Counted from the stretch's first letter, positions 1-10,861 are shown. The stretch: DNA of 64,000 nucleotides from Nitrospirota bacterium (GCA_963845065.1 CAWJQQ010000008.1:64001-128000), one strand, 5' to 3'. Translations and numbers: made by a program. The notes: a model not told the origin generated them from the sequence alone.

Positions 1-21
1 GGCTCACGATTAACTGGGAAA

Positions 22-1632
22 ATGATCGAAGCTCGTTTTCAGGCTGTATTCAAGAGCTCGCGAGACGCCATTGGAATTTCCAAGGTGGGTATTAATGTGT
101 TCGTAAATCCTGCATATCTTGAACTCTTCGGGTTTCCGCCCGGGACCGATCTTGCAGGCAAACCGGTCCTAGATCTCATTGTTCAGGAAAGCCGCGACAA
201 GTTCAAGTCGTACATCCTTCGTAGTGTGCGGGGCGAGACTTTGGCATCGATCTTCGCGACACGTGGCTTGCGTTCTGACGGAACTAAACTCGATATTGAG
301 GTCCATGCTTCTCGGTATCAGGAGAATGGCGAAGACCTTACCCTCATGATCCTGAGGGATGTCACCGAAGACACACGCGCCGCAGAGAAAATCGCCGAGT
401 GTGGGGCCACGATGCAGCAGATCATGGATACGGCGAGCGTGGCGATCTTCCTGGTCGACAAGTCCGGCCGGATCGTCCACGCCAACAGGCGCATGGCTCA
501 AATGTTCGGCTGCTCGATGGAGGAACTTGTTGGAAGCGAATACATCGACCATGTTGACCCATCGGAGCGGGACAGCGGTCGACAAAAGATGCTGGCCCTG
601 CTGGCGAGCGAGATCCCTTCCGTTGACCTCGAACGACTTTACTGGCGGAATGACGGCACCCAGTTCTGGGGGCATCTCGCTGGCCGACGCCTCCACGACG
701 TTCACGGTAACGAACTCGGCCTGATTGGCGTGATTACAAACATTACCGAGCATAAGCGGGCAGAGGAAGCTCTGCGCGAAAGCGAGGAAAGACTTCTTTC
801 CGTGATGGAGTCCGTCGCGGATTCAATATACCTTTTGGATGCAAAATACCGGTTTTTGTTCATGAACAAAAAGCACATCGAGCGACTTGGTCTGAAGGGT
901 AAGGACTATAACGGTCGAGCTTTTGGCGAATTCCATTCATCTGAAGAGACAAAAGAGCTTATCGAATGCGTTGATAAGGTATTTAAAACGGGCGATACGA
1001 TTCGGCAAGAACATTTCAGTCGAAGGGACAGTAAATATTTTTTACGTTCATTTAGCCCAGTTAAAGATGCCGACTCGCGAATAGTCTCTGTAACTGTCGT
1101 CTCAAAAGATATTAATGATTTGAAGCAGATGGAGGATAAACTACGGAACCTCTCCCTCACGGATGAGCTTACCGGGCTGCACAATCGGCGTGGATTCTTT
1201 ACGATGGTAGAACCGCTGCTGAAACTGGCCAAGCGTCATAAAAATCCAGCCTACCTGCTCTATGCCGACTTGGATAATTTAAAGGAGATTAATGATGTAC
1301 TTGGCCATCAAGAAGGTGATCAGGCAATAAAAGATACAGCCACTGTCTTGAAAGCGACCTTTCGCGAAACGGATATCGTTGCACGCATCGGTGGTGATGA
1401 ATTTGTTGTCATTCCCGTAGCAAGTAACAAGGAAAAAGCCAATATAGTTACCACCCGTTTTAAAGAGAATGTCAGGGTTCATAATGAAAATAATAAGCAC
1501 GCCTATAAACTTTCTATCAGTTTGGGAATGTCCTGTTACGATCCAGGAGATCCATGCTCCATTCACGACCTGCTGACGCAGGCCGAGAAATTGATGTACG
1601 AAGATAAAGTGCTCAAGCAGAAGACAGACTAA
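22..1632 (+). CDS. Multi-PAS diguanylate cyclase (GGDEF); may extend upstream of the window
   Basis: Three PAS/PAC-like repeats, then DELTGLHNRR, RETD I-site and ARIGGDEF. The frame is open back to position 1. Confidence 0.93.
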   Translation: MIEARFQAVFKSSRDAIGISKVGINVFVNPAYLELFGFPPGTDLAGKPVLDLIVQESRDKFKSYILRSVRGETLASIFATRGLRSDGTKLDIEVHASRYQENGEDLTLMILRDVTEDTRAAEKIAECGATMQQIMDTASVAIFLVDKSGRIVHANRRMAQMFGCSMEELVGSEYIDHVDPSERDSGRQKMLALLASEIPSVDLERLYWRNDGTQFWGHLAGRRLHDVHGNELGLIGVITNITEHKRAEEALRESEERLLSVMESVADSIYLLDAKYRFLFMNKKHIERLGLKGKDYNGRAFGEFHSSEETKELIECVDKVFKTGDTIRQEHFSRRDSKYFLRSFSPVKDADSRIVSVTVVSKDINDLKQMEDKLRNLSLTDELTGLHNRRGFFTMVEPLLKLAKRHKNPAYLLYADLDNLKEINDVLGHQEGDQAIKDTATVLKATFRETDIVARIGGDEFVVIPVASNKEKANIVTTRFKENVRVHNENNKHAYKLSISLGMSCYDPGDPCSIHDLLTQAEKLMYEDKVLKQKTD

Positions 1633-2041
1633 GAATATTCTTCATGTCCGCCACCGGAGGGATTGCAACAAACAAAATCGTTCCATGTACTAGCCGTAAT
1701 AAGAGAGTACATATTTGAATCAGTATTTCACACCATCGTCATTAAATTGACATTCCACAGTAGGATGTGAAGTAGAGGAGCGTCGGTAGCTGTATGAAGT
1801 GAAGAGTACCAGTTGGAACATTCAGTGCTCACTTCTTTCCGAATTCTGCATGACATTTAGTCATCTTCTTTTCCGCTTTATCTTACAGAGTAATTCTATT
1901 ATACTTTCCGCATCAATTAATCGACCATTTTGCATAATTGTCATCGGCGTAAAATGTCATGAAAGACACGAGTAGCTGCTCGAAGTTATTATCCCGAGGC
2001 AGCGTGAATACTGCAAATCAAGAAGATACCATAATCGCCAA

Positions 2042-4882
2042 ATGAAAATTATCGAATATGCAGACCTTGATACATCAAAGGTAAAACGGCAATATGGGAA
2101 ACTCATCGGATTTCTCGAAAAGGATGATTTCTATTCCGCAGAAGTAAAAAAATTGTCCGAACAGGACCTCTTTCGAGCGAAGCTTGACGACACCAATCGT
2201 CTTCTTTTTAAAATCATGACCTATGGAGGAGAGAGGTATGCCCTTATACTTGAGGTTGTGTTTAATCACGAGTATGACAAATCGAAGTTTTTACGAGGCG
2301 TTCGAATTGACGAAGCAAAGATTCCAATTGTCGAGCCGACGGCCGTAGAAAACGAAAAACTTCCCACACTCTCATATATCAACCCGGCGCTTATTCGCTT
2401 TCATGTTCTTGACAAGGTGATATCCTTTGATCCTGATCAGCAAGGAGCCTTTCAACATCCTACGCCGCTCATCATTATCGGTCCAGCCGGCAGCGGAAAG
2501 ACCGCGCTTACTCTCGAAAAGATGAAACAAGCCCATGGCCAGGTGCTGTATGTGACTTTGTCACGCTACCTTGCGGATAATTCTCGAAATATTTATTATT
2601 CCCATCACTATGAAAACAAAGAACAGGAGATAGCCTTCCTATCGTTTCGGGAATATCTTGAAACGATGCGGGTCCCCGAGGGCAGGGAAATCACCTACCG
2701 GGCTTATGCCGCATGGCTTACGAGAATTCCGAAGCAGCAACGTCTCTCGGACGCACATCGCCTCTATGAGGAGTTCCGTGGCGTTTTGACCGGATCAGTC
2801 ATAGACAAACCATGGCTTTCCCGTGAAGAGTACCTCGAACTCGGTGTCCGTCAGTCCATCTTTCTTGCCGATGAGCGCGAAGTAGTATACTCGCTATTTG
2901 GAAAATACCTAACATATTTGAAGGAAAACAGTTTTTACGACCCGAATATCCTGGCGCACAACTATTTACCTCAGGTAAAGCAGTCTTATGACTTTGTCGT
3001 TGTCGATGAGGTGCAGGATATCACCAACATTCAGCTTCAGCTTATTCTCCGGAGCCTGACGCGACCAGATGAGTTTATTCTCTGCGGCGACTCTAATCAG
3101 ATCGTCCATCCGAACTTTTTCTCATGGAGCAGCCTCAAGTCCATGTTTTATCAGGCCGAAGCTCTTGAATCAGGCAAGGTGACGCGGATTTTACAGTCAA
3201 ATTTTCGCAACTCGGTTTCCGTTACCGAACTTGCGAACAAGCTGCTCAGGGTAAAACACAAACGTTTCGGGTCCATCGACCGGGAAAGCAATTACCTTAT
3301 GAACAGTGTGTCGGACAGGACTGGCGAGATATTTTTCGTCCGGGACACGGATAAGGCTAAACGGGAATTGAGTCAAAAGACCAGAAAGTCCACTAAATTC
3401 GCCGTGTTGGTCATGCGCGATGAAGATAAGGACTTGGTGCGGCAGTTCTTTGATACGCCGCTGCTCTTCAGCATTCAGGAGGCCAAGGGCCTGGAATACG
3501 AGAACGTTATCCTCGTAAACTTTATATCGAGTGAGCGCGCCACCTTTCGGGAGATCATTGATGGGGTGAGCGAAGAGGACTTGAATGGGGAGCTGGATTA
3601 TCGGCGGGCCCGGGACAAAACGGATAAATCCCTTGAGGTCTATAAGTTCTTCATCAATTCTCTTTATGTTGCTGTCACGCGCGCCGTGCATAAACTGTAT
3701 CTGATCGAGAGCGACGTTAACCACCCGTTCATTGGAATACTTGGGATTCAGAATGCGCGAGAGGACGCTGCTGTTGACGAGAAACAGTCCAGCATCGAAG
3801 AATGGCAAGCTGAGGCTCATAAGCTGGAGCTCCAAGGCAGGCAGGAGCAGGCAGACGAAATCAGGCGCGGTATTCTAAAAACTCAGGCCGTTCCCTGGGA
3901 AGTGTGTACGCCCGAACATGTGCTGAAACTCCTTGCTCGCGCTCGAGACCCGAAGGAAGTATCCCAGAAACCGAAGAAAACATTGTTCGAGTATGGCTTG
4001 TTCTATGATGAGCCCCGCTTAATGGACACCTTAAGCCAGACAGGATTCGACAAGGCAAAGCAGCTTTTTAAAACAGAGTATGGCTACCGGTCTTTGAACG
4101 AACCCGTGTACGAACAACAAAGAAGCAGTGTAATTGCGCGATACCTCGAGGATTACAGGGGGCGGTTTTATAAGAACATACTCAAACAATGCGAAACTTA
4201 CGGCATCGACCACCGTATGGTATTCAACAAAACACCACTCATGCTTGCCGCGGTTGCGGGCAACGCTGCGCTTATCCGGGAACTGCTCGCAGCAGGCGCT
4301 GACGCGGACGCGATTGACCATTATGGATGTACAGCGTGGCTGGGCGCACTGGATTGGGCTCTTCACGATCGCGAATTCGCCTCCAAACAGTTTACTTCTG
4401 TACATGAGCTTCTCGCACCTTCTTATATCAGTCTCAAGGTCGAGGATCGCCTGGTGAAACTTGACGGCAGTCAGGGAGAATTTCTGCTGTTCTCCATCTT
4501 TTTATCCCTGCTGCACAAACGGTTCAACTCGAAGTACGTGGCCATGGCTTCGCTCAACGCCGTCACGCTGGCAGAAAGTTGCTCCCTTTTGCCGGACAGC
4601 ATTGTACCTGGGTACCGGAAAAAGAGAACCTACATCTCAGGGCTCCTGTCGAAAAACGAAGAGGAAAGCCAGAATCAATACGGCAGGAGACTGTTCCGAC
4701 GCGAACGGCAGGGGTGGTATGTCCTGAATCCGAAACTTGCCATACGGCACCGGGAGGATTGGAGAGATATTTACCAGCACGCCGGTATCGACTTGATCGC
4801 TCACATGGGGCCGGAAGGTGAAGAGGCGTACCGCTCCATGATTGCGCATGTGCTCAGCGACCGAGGAGAAAAGGATTTTTAG
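2042..4882 (+). CDS. SF1 (UvrD-like) helicase with N-terminal RelE-like domain and C-terminal ankyrin repeat
   Basis: Walker A GPAGSGKT, VVDEVQD, CGDSNQ, NFRNS, QEAKGLEY, LYVAVTRA. Ankyrin motif KTPLMLAAVAGNAALIRELLAAGAD. The N-terminal ~85 aa has a RelE-like pattern (VKKL..FRAKL...RLLF...ILEV..NHEY). Confidence 0.85.
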   Translation: MKIIEYADLDTSKVKRQYGKLIGFLEKDDFYSAEVKKLSEQDLFRAKLDDTNRLLFKIMTYGGERYALILEVVFNHEYDKSKFLRGVRIDEAKIPIVEPTAVENEKLPTLSYINPALIRFHVLDKVISFDPDQQGAFQHPTPLIIIGPAGSGKTALTLEKMKQAHGQVLYVTLSRYLADNSRNIYYSHHYENKEQEIAFLSFREYLETMRVPEGREITYRAYAAWLTRIPKQQRLSDAHRLYEEFRGVLTGSVIDKPWLSREEYLELGVRQSIFLADEREVVYSLFGKYLTYLKENSFYDPNILAHNYLPQVKQSYDFVVVDEVQDITNIQLQLILRSLTRPDEFILCGDSNQIVHPNFFSWSSLKSMFYQAEALESGKVTRILQSNFRNSVSVTELANKLLRVKHKRFGSIDRESNYLMNSVSDRTGEIFFVRDTDKAKRELSQKTRKSTKFAVLVMRDEDKDLVRQFFDTPLLFSIQEAKGLEYENVILVNFISSERATFREIIDGVSEEDLNGELDYRRARDKTDKSLEVYKFFINSLYVAVTRAVHKLYLIESDVNHPFIGILGIQNAREDAAVDEKQSSIEEWQAEAHKLELQGRQEQADEIRRGILKTQAVPWEVCTPEHVLKLLARARDPKEVSQKPKKTLFEYGLFYDEPRLMDTLSQTGFDKAKQLFKTEYGYRSLNEPVYEQQRSSVIARYLEDYRGRFYKNILKQCETYGIDHRMVFNKTPLMLAAVAGNAALIRELLAAGADADAIDHYGCTAWLGALDWALHDREFASKQFTSVHELLAPSYISLKVEDRLVKLDGSQGEFLLFSIFLSLLHKRFNSKYVAMASLNAVTLAESCSLLPDSIVPGYRKKRTYISGLLSKNEEESQNQYGRRLFRRERQGWYVLNPKLAIRHREDWRDIYQHAGIDLIAHMGPEGEEAYRSMIAHVLSDRGEKDF

Positions 4883-5088
4883 AGAACCTGGCCAGTGATC
4901 ATGATTGGTACAGAAATACCTTGAAATGTTTAATGTTATAGATATAATAAAGTCAAGGGATATAGCGATCAATAATATTTCACACGGCGTTTGGACAAAC
5001 TGATTGATGACCGCTGACTGCTAGTCAGACAGATCTCACAAAGTGCATATAACCATATTATGCATGGAAACCATGAGGTGCATCGCCA

Positions 5089-5412
5089 ATGAATGAAACA
5101 TTCTTGCGGATCCTGCATCTTGTCCAGCGTGGCGATGTGAAAATATCTGATCATGGTTATGACGAACTAGCGGCTGACAATATCTTTGTCCGGGATGTTA
5201 TGGCGACGGTTGCCGATGCAGTCATTGTCGAGGATTATCCAGACTATCCAAAAGGGCCTTCCGTACTTGTGTTGCAGAAAGATCGGACTGGTCACTCAAT
5301 ACATGTGGTATGGGGCATTCCAAAAGGGGCATCGTCACCAGCAGTTCTCGTTACCGCTTATAGGCCGGATCTGGAACGCTGGTCAGAGGATTTTTTAAGG
5401 AGAAAACAATGA
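5089..5412 (+). CDS. DUF4258-family putative toxin
   Basis: ISDHGYDEL...[17 protein letters not shown]...IHVVW...[17 protein letters not shown] matches the DUF4258 pattern. Confidence 0.85.
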   Translation: MNETFLRILHLVQRGDVKISDHGYDELAADNIFVRDVMATVADAVIVEDYPDYPKGPSVLVLQKDRTGHSIHVVWGIPKGASSPAVLVTAYRPDLERWSEDFLRRKQ

Positions 5413-5624
5413 AGTCAAAACATTATACAAAACTTGTGCATGAGCGGGAATATGTTGCTGAAGTAGATGTGGAACTGATCTATTCAGATGATGGGTGGTC
5501 ACCGTATCTTTCAGTGGAAGATGCATACAAGCTGGATGATGTGCGCGAAGCTCTTCGGCAGGGCAATTTGGAGACAGCGTCCCGTTTGGCTAAAGTCTAT
5601 ACCTTAACTCCGCTTACCACTTAG
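5409..5624 (+). CDS. Small acidic protein, putative antitoxin partner of DUF4258
   Basis: 71 aa, ATGA overlap with the DUF4258 stop codon; [10 protein letters not shown]...[21 protein letters not shown]. Confidence 0.7.
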   Translation: MKSKHYTKLVHEREYVAEVDVELIYSDDGWSPYLSVEDAYKLDDVREALRQGNLETASRLAKVYTLTPLTT

Positions 5625-5961
5625 GTTTCGCCATTGAGTGGAATCTGACTTTAGAGAAAGGACAATGGGGTACTATTGGGGGTATGATGAAAATAGCATT
5701 AGAATATATATAGCAATTTCAATGCATTGGACAAACTATTTGATGGTCGCCGCCTCCACCAATAAACAAAAATGCTATCAGTCATTCGTGGATTGCCTAG
5801 GAGGTAAGATAAATCTTACTTCCTTTTTTTTTGGAGCTGCAGTCGAGACACCAATATTGTGCATGTAAATGCAGGTTTCTGTTATTTGCCACTCCAGTGT
5901 CAAATATTAGCGCTTCCCGAAATATAAATTAATAATGCAATAAATCAATAAATTAACAATT

Positions 5962-6002
5962 CTAGCACTCGCGTTGACAGAGTGCTAGTGGAGTGATATA
6001 TT
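5962..6002 (+). promoter_or_regulatory. CIRCE (HrcA operator) overlapping the sigma70 promoter of hsp20
   Basis: CTAGCACTC-N9-GAGTGCTAG at 5962-5988. TTGACA (5974-5979) lies inside the spacer, followed after 17 bp by TG-a-TATATT (5997-6002). Confidence 0.9.
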
Positions 6003-6192
6003 ATAATTAGTCGGCAGGATTGATGAGAGAGAAGGAGTGTCTAGCGCATAAGAGCCCAGAGAGAACTTAATAAAAAGATTTCCTGTAGTATCAACGGCTC
6101 AATCGACCATATATATCTATAAAGAGAGGTGAAAAGGGCAAAATTATACGTGAATCGGATATCGTAAAAATCGAAGGGAAGGGGGGATTTTT

Positions 6193-6709
6193 ATGAAAAG
6201 CCTGATTCGTTGGGATCCCTTCAGAATAATGAGAAGGGGTGATCCATTTGAAGAGCTTCGTTCAATGCAACATGACATGGATCTGCTTTTTTGACCGGTT
6301 CTTGGGTGTAGAGATGCGCATGGAAAGACCTATGCTCTGGATGCCGTCAGTAGAAAGCTATATCAAAGACAGCAAGCTCGTATTTAAAGCAGAATTGCCT
6401 GGTGTGGATCCAAAGGACTTAGACGTCAGCATCACGGATCGAGAACTGATCATTAAGGGTGAACGTAAAGCTGAAAAAGGCACCAAGGATGAGAATTACG
6501 ATTATCGCGAAATATCCTATGGTTCATTCGAGCGGCGTTTTGTGTTGCCTGAAGGCGTAAAGACCGAAGAACTGAAGGCGAAATTCTCGAATGGTATTCT
6601 TGAGATTACCGTGCCTGCTCCAACAATAATCAAGGCGCGGAAGATAGAGGTTGAGGCTCCGAAAGAAGAGAAAAAACTGATTGAGACCGAAGCTAAGAAA
6701 GCAGCTTGA
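6193..6709 (+). pseudogene. Hsp20/alpha-crystallin small heat-shock protein, split by a +1 frameshift at a T6 run (6287-6292)
   Basis: RBS then ATG 6193 encodes MKSLIRWDPFR...DMDLLF* . The +1 frame continues DRFLG...AELPGVDPKDLDV...YGSFERRFVLPEGV...FSNGILEITVP. Confidence 0.85.
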
Positions 6710-6766
6710 TTCAGATGGCGGATGTGCAACTCATTGCTCCCCCTAGTCGGTGCAGGGGTTAAATTT

Positions 6767-6807
6767 AAAAAACCATCCCTTAATGCTTTCGAAGGGGTGG
6801 TTTTTTT
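6767..6807 (+). terminator. Rho-independent terminator after hsp20
   Basis: AAAAAACCATCCCTT / AAGGGGTGG followed by T7. Confidence 0.8.
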
Positions 6808-6910
6808 GCTATCAGTTATCCTAGAAAGCCATAGTTTTCAATATTTCAAGTGGAAAATGAAGAACTGAAGAACTAAGGTATCGTACATAACACCATCATT
6901 TAATATCACC

Positions 6911-6967
6911 TTGACACGAATTCACTCATATGTTACATTATTAGCACTCTATTGTGGCGAGTGCTAA
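6911..6967 (+). promoter_or_regulatory. sigma70 promoter plus perfect CIRCE upstream of hrcA
   Basis: TTGACA 6911-6916, 17 bp, TACATT 6934-6939; TTAGCACTC-tattgtggc-GAGTGCTAA at 6941-6967. Confidence 0.95.
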
Positions 6968-7010
6968 TGAGGTCAGGTACAATGTTTCTTTATCAAGGCA
7001 AATAAGCAGT

Positions 7011-8057
7011 ATGAATCTGGATGATAGAAATAGAAAGGTTTTACAGGCTGTCATTGACAGCTATATTGCGAGCGGATATCCAATCGGCTCAACCGTGCTT
7101 GTGAAACGATATGATTTCGGGGTAAGTTCCGCCACGCTCCGGAACATCATGGCCGAGCTCGAGGAGATGGGATTACTAACCCATCCGCACACCTCGGCAG
7201 GCAGAATTCCTACTGACCTCGGGTATCGATACTATATTGACAGTTTAATCAGCATCGAAAACGACAACGGTGATATCGAAGGGCACCTGCAGCAGGCCCC
7301 TCAGTTGCACGGCGATGATTTCCAGGGGCTCATGGAAGAGGCGAGCCGGTTCCTTGCCGCATTGTCTCACTGCGCCGGTGTTGTTGTTGCCCCGAGCGAA
7401 TCGGAAGCATCGTACAGGCACATTGAATTCGTTCGTTTGCGTGGACGACGGGTTCTCATCATTTTTGTGACCTCTACGGGCATTGTCCAGAACAAGCTCA
7501 TTGAACTCGACGAGAGCATCCGGCAGCAGGATTTGAACATGTTCAGCGCCTATCTTGCTGAGGAGCTTGAAGAGTGGACGTTGAGCGAGGTTCGTAAACG
7601 TTTAGTTGAAAAGTTGGAGGAACAAAAGCTATTGTTCATGCAACTCATGGACGAGACCTATAGGGCCAGCCGGGACGTGCAAGAGCGGGAAAGCGAAAAA
7701 GTATACATCGGCGGCGCATCGCAGGTCCTTGAGAGTCCAGAGTTCGCAGATGTCGAAAAAATGAGAACATTGTTCAAAGCATTCGAGGACAAGTACAAAC
7801 TGCTCAAGCTCCTCGACCGGAGCGTTTCGGCGCAAGGCATCAAGGTTTTTATCGGATCGGAAAATCCCTTTTTTGAGATGCAGGGATGCAGCATGGTGGT
7901 CAGCAGGTATAAAGCGGGTTCGAACGTTGTGGGTACGCTCGGTGTTATCGGACCCACGAGGATGCAGTACAAGCAAGTGATCCATGTTGTGGATTATACG
8001 GCAAAGTTTCTTTCGAAGCTGCTAAGTGAACGATTTCAGAGAGGCTTAGAGCGATGA
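7011..8057 (+). CDS. hrcA: Heat-inducible transcription repressor HrcA
   Basis: VSSATLRNIMAELEEMG..HPHTSAGRIPTDLGYRYY and LGVIGPTRMQY. Start moved to ATG 7011 because the ORF-track start lies within the CIRCE. Confidence 0.97.
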   Translation: MNLDDRNRKVLQAVIDSYIASGYPIGSTVLVKRYDFGVSSATLRNIMAELEEMGLLTHPHTSAGRIPTDLGYRYYIDSLISIENDNGDIEGHLQQAPQLHGDDFQGLMEEASRFLAALSHCAGVVVAPSESEASYRHIEFVRLRGRRVLIIFVTSTGIVQNKLIELDESIRQQDLNMFSAYLAEELEEWTLSEVRKRLVEKLEEQKLLFMQLMDETYRASRDVQERESEKVYIGGASQVLESPEFADVEKMRTLFKAFEDKYKLLKLLDRSVSAQGIKVFIGSENPFFEMQGCSMVVSRYKAGSNVVGTLGVIGPTRMQYKQVIHVVDYTAKFLSKLLSERFQRGLER

Positions 8058-8644
8058 GTGACGAGTTAGATGATCTCTTGGAAGAGGATGGAGCATTGGA
8101 TCCTTTTGTGAAAGCAGAGGATACCGCGGCTGTGTCGGCGGATATGGCAAAACTGACTCAGGCGCTGGAGCAGAAAGCCAAAGAAGCGGCGGAGGCACAT
8201 GATAAGTATCTCCGGACATCCGCAGATTTCGACAATTACCGCAAGCGAACGCAGCGTGATCTTGCAGATTTTCGGAAGTACGCGAATGAGCAGATGGCGC
8301 GGGAACTCCTGAGCGTCGTCGACCACCTTTCGCTAGCAATCAAACATGCGGCGGACGCAGGCGAAAGCAACGATGGTCTCCGTCAGGGCGTGGAACTGGT
8401 GCATAAGCAACTCCGCGACGTGCTTGAAAAGTTCGGGATTATAGTCTTTGCCTCGCAGGGAGAACCGTTCGATCCCTCAAAACACGAGGCCATCATGCAG
8501 GAACCGACCGATACGGTCCCGGAGAATACAGTGGTGCAGGTGTTCCAGGACGGATATCTCTACCACGATAAGGTGCTTCGCCATGCGCGGGTGAGTGTAT
8601 CTAAGAAGCCTGCGGTCGAGAATCAGGAAGAAAGCAAGGAATAA
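8054..8644 (+). CDS. grpE: Nucleotide exchange factor GrpE
   Basis: ADFDNYRKR, GEPFDPSKHEAI, GYLYHDKVLRHARVSV; position in the operon. Confidence 0.97.
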   Translation: MSDELDDLLEEDGALDPFVKAEDTAAVSADMAKLTQALEQKAKEAAEAHDKYLRTSADFDNYRKRTQRDLADFRKYANEQMARELLSVVDHLSLAIKHAADAGESNDGLRQGVELVHKQLRDVLEKFGIIVFASQGEPFDPSKHEAIMQEPTDTVPENTVVQVFQDGYLYHDKVLRHARVSVSKKPAVENQEESKE

Positions 8645-8748
8645 CACGTAAATAACTGAAACGGAGTTCTTCGCAAGAAGAGAACGCTTCTATCTCCGTT
8701 TCAGAATAACAGACATTCGTCTACGAGAATAACTTCAAGGAGGACATT

Positions 8749-10668
8749 ATGGCAAAAGTTATAGGAATCGATCTTGGAACTACCAACTCCTGTGTAGCGA
8801 TCATGGAGGGAGGGGAACCGGTCGTAATCCCGAATTCCGAAGGGAGCCGAACAACCCCGTCAGTGGTGGCGTTCACCGAGGGCGGAGAACGGCTGGTAGG
8901 CCAGATCGCAAAACGGCAGTCGATCACGAACCCCGAAAACACCATATTTTCGATCAAGCGCCTCATGGGCAGGAAATACGACTCAAATGAGGTCAAAGAG
9001 GCGATGAAGCATTTGCCGTACAAGATTGTCTCCGCTGCCAACGGCGACGCCCACGTTATGGTTCGCGGTAAAACCTATAGCCCGTCGGAGATTTCGGCAA
9101 TGATCTTGCAAAAAATGAGGCAGACAGCTGAGGATTTTCTGGGTGAAAAGGTGATCGATGCAGTGATTACCGTGCCTGCCTACTTCAACGACAGCCAGCG
9201 ACAAGCCACGAAGGACGCTGGCAGGATCGCTGGCTTGAACGTGCTCAGGATCATCAACGAGCCTACGGCCGCGGCTCTGGCCTATGGACTGGATAAGAAG
9301 AAGGATGAAACCGTCGCGGTGTACGACCTTGGCGGTGGTACCTTTGATATCTCTATCCTTGAGCTCGGTGAAGGCGTGTTCGAGGTAAAATCGACGAACG
9401 GTGACACCTATCTGGGCGGTGACGATTTCGACGAACGGATCATCAAGTGGCTTGCCGATGAGTTCAGGAAAGACCAGGGTATCGACTTGAGCAAGGACAA
9501 GATGGCGCTTCAGCGTTTAAAGGAAGCGGCGGAGAAAGCCAAGATCGAACTTTCGTCGGTCGCGGAAACGGAGATCAACCTCCCCTTCATCACGGCTGAT
9601 GCGACCGGTCCCAAGCACCTGCTCTACAAGATTTCACGGGCGAAAATGGAACAGCTCGTGGGAGATCTCGTCGAAAAGACCATCGATCCCGTGAAAAAGG
9701 CGCTGAACGACGCTGGCAAGACCGTTGATAAGATCAACGAGGCGATCCTTGTTGGCGGCATGACGCGTATGCCGAAGGTCATCCAGACAGTGAAGGACTA
9801 TTTCAAGAAAGACCCGCACCGCGGCGTAAATCCCGACGAAGTCGTGGCAATCGGCGCGGGCATCCAAGGTGCGGTTCTGACCGGCCAGGTGAAAGACGTA
9901 CTGCTGCTCGATGTAACGCCACTTTCCCTCGGCATTGAGACTCTTGGCGCTGTTGCCACCAGGATCATCGAGCGCAATACCACAATCCCGACGAAAAAGA
10001 GCCAGGTGTTTTCCACCGCTTCGGACAATCAGACCGCCGTCTCTATCCACGTAGTGCAGGGCGAACGAGAAATGGCTGCGGACAATAAAACCCTTGGCCG
10101 CTTTGAGCTAGTAGGAATTCCGCCTGCTCCTCGCGGGATCCCACAGGTTGAAGTGACCTTCGATATTGACGCAAACGGCATCGTGCATGTGACTGCAAAA
10201 GACCTTGGCACGGGAAGAGAGCAGTCCATCAAAATCACCGCATCATCCGGCATGAGCAAGGACGAGATCGATAAAGCGGTGAAGGAGGCGGAGTCACATG
10301 CGGCCGATGATAAAAAAAAGCGGGAAGCCGCCGACGCCAGGAACGAGGCCGACACGCTCATCTACTCGGTGGAGAAGTCCGTCGCCGACTACGGATCCAA
10401 GCTTTCCGATGCGGAGCGCACGGACATCCAGAGGGCGCTAGAAGAGACAAAGCGTGTAAAGGACGGCCAGGATGTCGAGGCCATCAAAAAGGCGGTGGCT
10501 GAGCTCGCAAAAACGTCGCACAAACTCGCGGAAGAGGTCTACTCCAAGGTTAACAAGGACCAGCCATCGGGCACCGACACCGGCGGAGCAGCCGCGGGTG
10601 ATGGAGGCAAGTCAGGGGACAGAGTCGTGGACGCCGAGTTTGAAGAAGTGGATAAAGACAAGAAATAA
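8749..10668 (+). CDS. dnaK: Chaperone DnaK (Hsp70)
   Basis: [36 protein letters not shown]-terminal VDAEFEEV. Confidence 0.99.
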   Translation: MAKVIGIDLGTTNSCVAIMEGGEPVVIPNSEGSRTTPSVVAFTEGGERLVGQIAKRQSITNPENTIFSIKRLMGRKYDSNEVKEAMKHLPYKIVSAANGDAHVMVRGKTYSPSEISAMILQKMRQTAEDFLGEKVIDAVITVPAYFNDSQRQATKDAGRIAGLNVLRIINEPTAAALAYGLDKKKDETVAVYDLGGGTFDISILELGEGVFEVKSTNGDTYLGGDDFDERIIKWLADEFRKDQGIDLSKDKMALQRLKEAAEKAKIELSSVAETEINLPFITADATGPKHLLYKISRAKMEQLVGDLVEKTIDPVKKALNDAGKTVDKINEAILVGGMTRMPKVIQTVKDYFKKDPHRGVNPDEVVAIGAGIQGAVLTGQVKDVLLLDVTPLSLGIETLGAVATRIIERNTTIPTKKSQVFSTASDNQTAVSIHVVQGEREMAADNKTLGRFELVGIPPAPRGIPQVEVTFDIDANGIVHVTAKDLGTGREQSIKITASSGMSKDEIDKAVKEAESHAADDKKKREAADARNEADTLIYSVEKSVADYGSKLSDAERTDIQRALEETKRVKDGQDVEAIKKAVAELAKTSHKLAEEVYSKVNKDQPSGTDTGGAAAGDGGKSGDRVVDAEFEEVDKDKK

Positions 10669-10686
10669 CTATTGATGGGAAATGAC

Positions 10687-10741
10687 GAGGATAGCGATAT
10701 CGGCGGGGAGGTTTACTCGTTCCATTCGCTATCCTCTTTTT
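10687..10741 (+). terminator. Hairpin/terminator after dnaK
   Basis: GAGGATAGCGA ... TCGCTATCCTC followed by TTTTT. Confidence 0.65.
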
Positions 10742-10861
10742 GTGAAAAAAACACTGATCTTGCAAAAACGCCAAGTTAGAAAAGACAGAGTGTGTAGTAT
10801 GTTTTTTACGCTCTTTGGGCACATTGCGTCTATGCAAGAGAAAAGGTATATATAATTTTCT

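Noticed and set aside
1640..1870. Possible zinc-ribbon gene remnant on the minus strand (MTKC...)
   Set aside because: The frame is interrupted within 12 codons, which is too little evidence.
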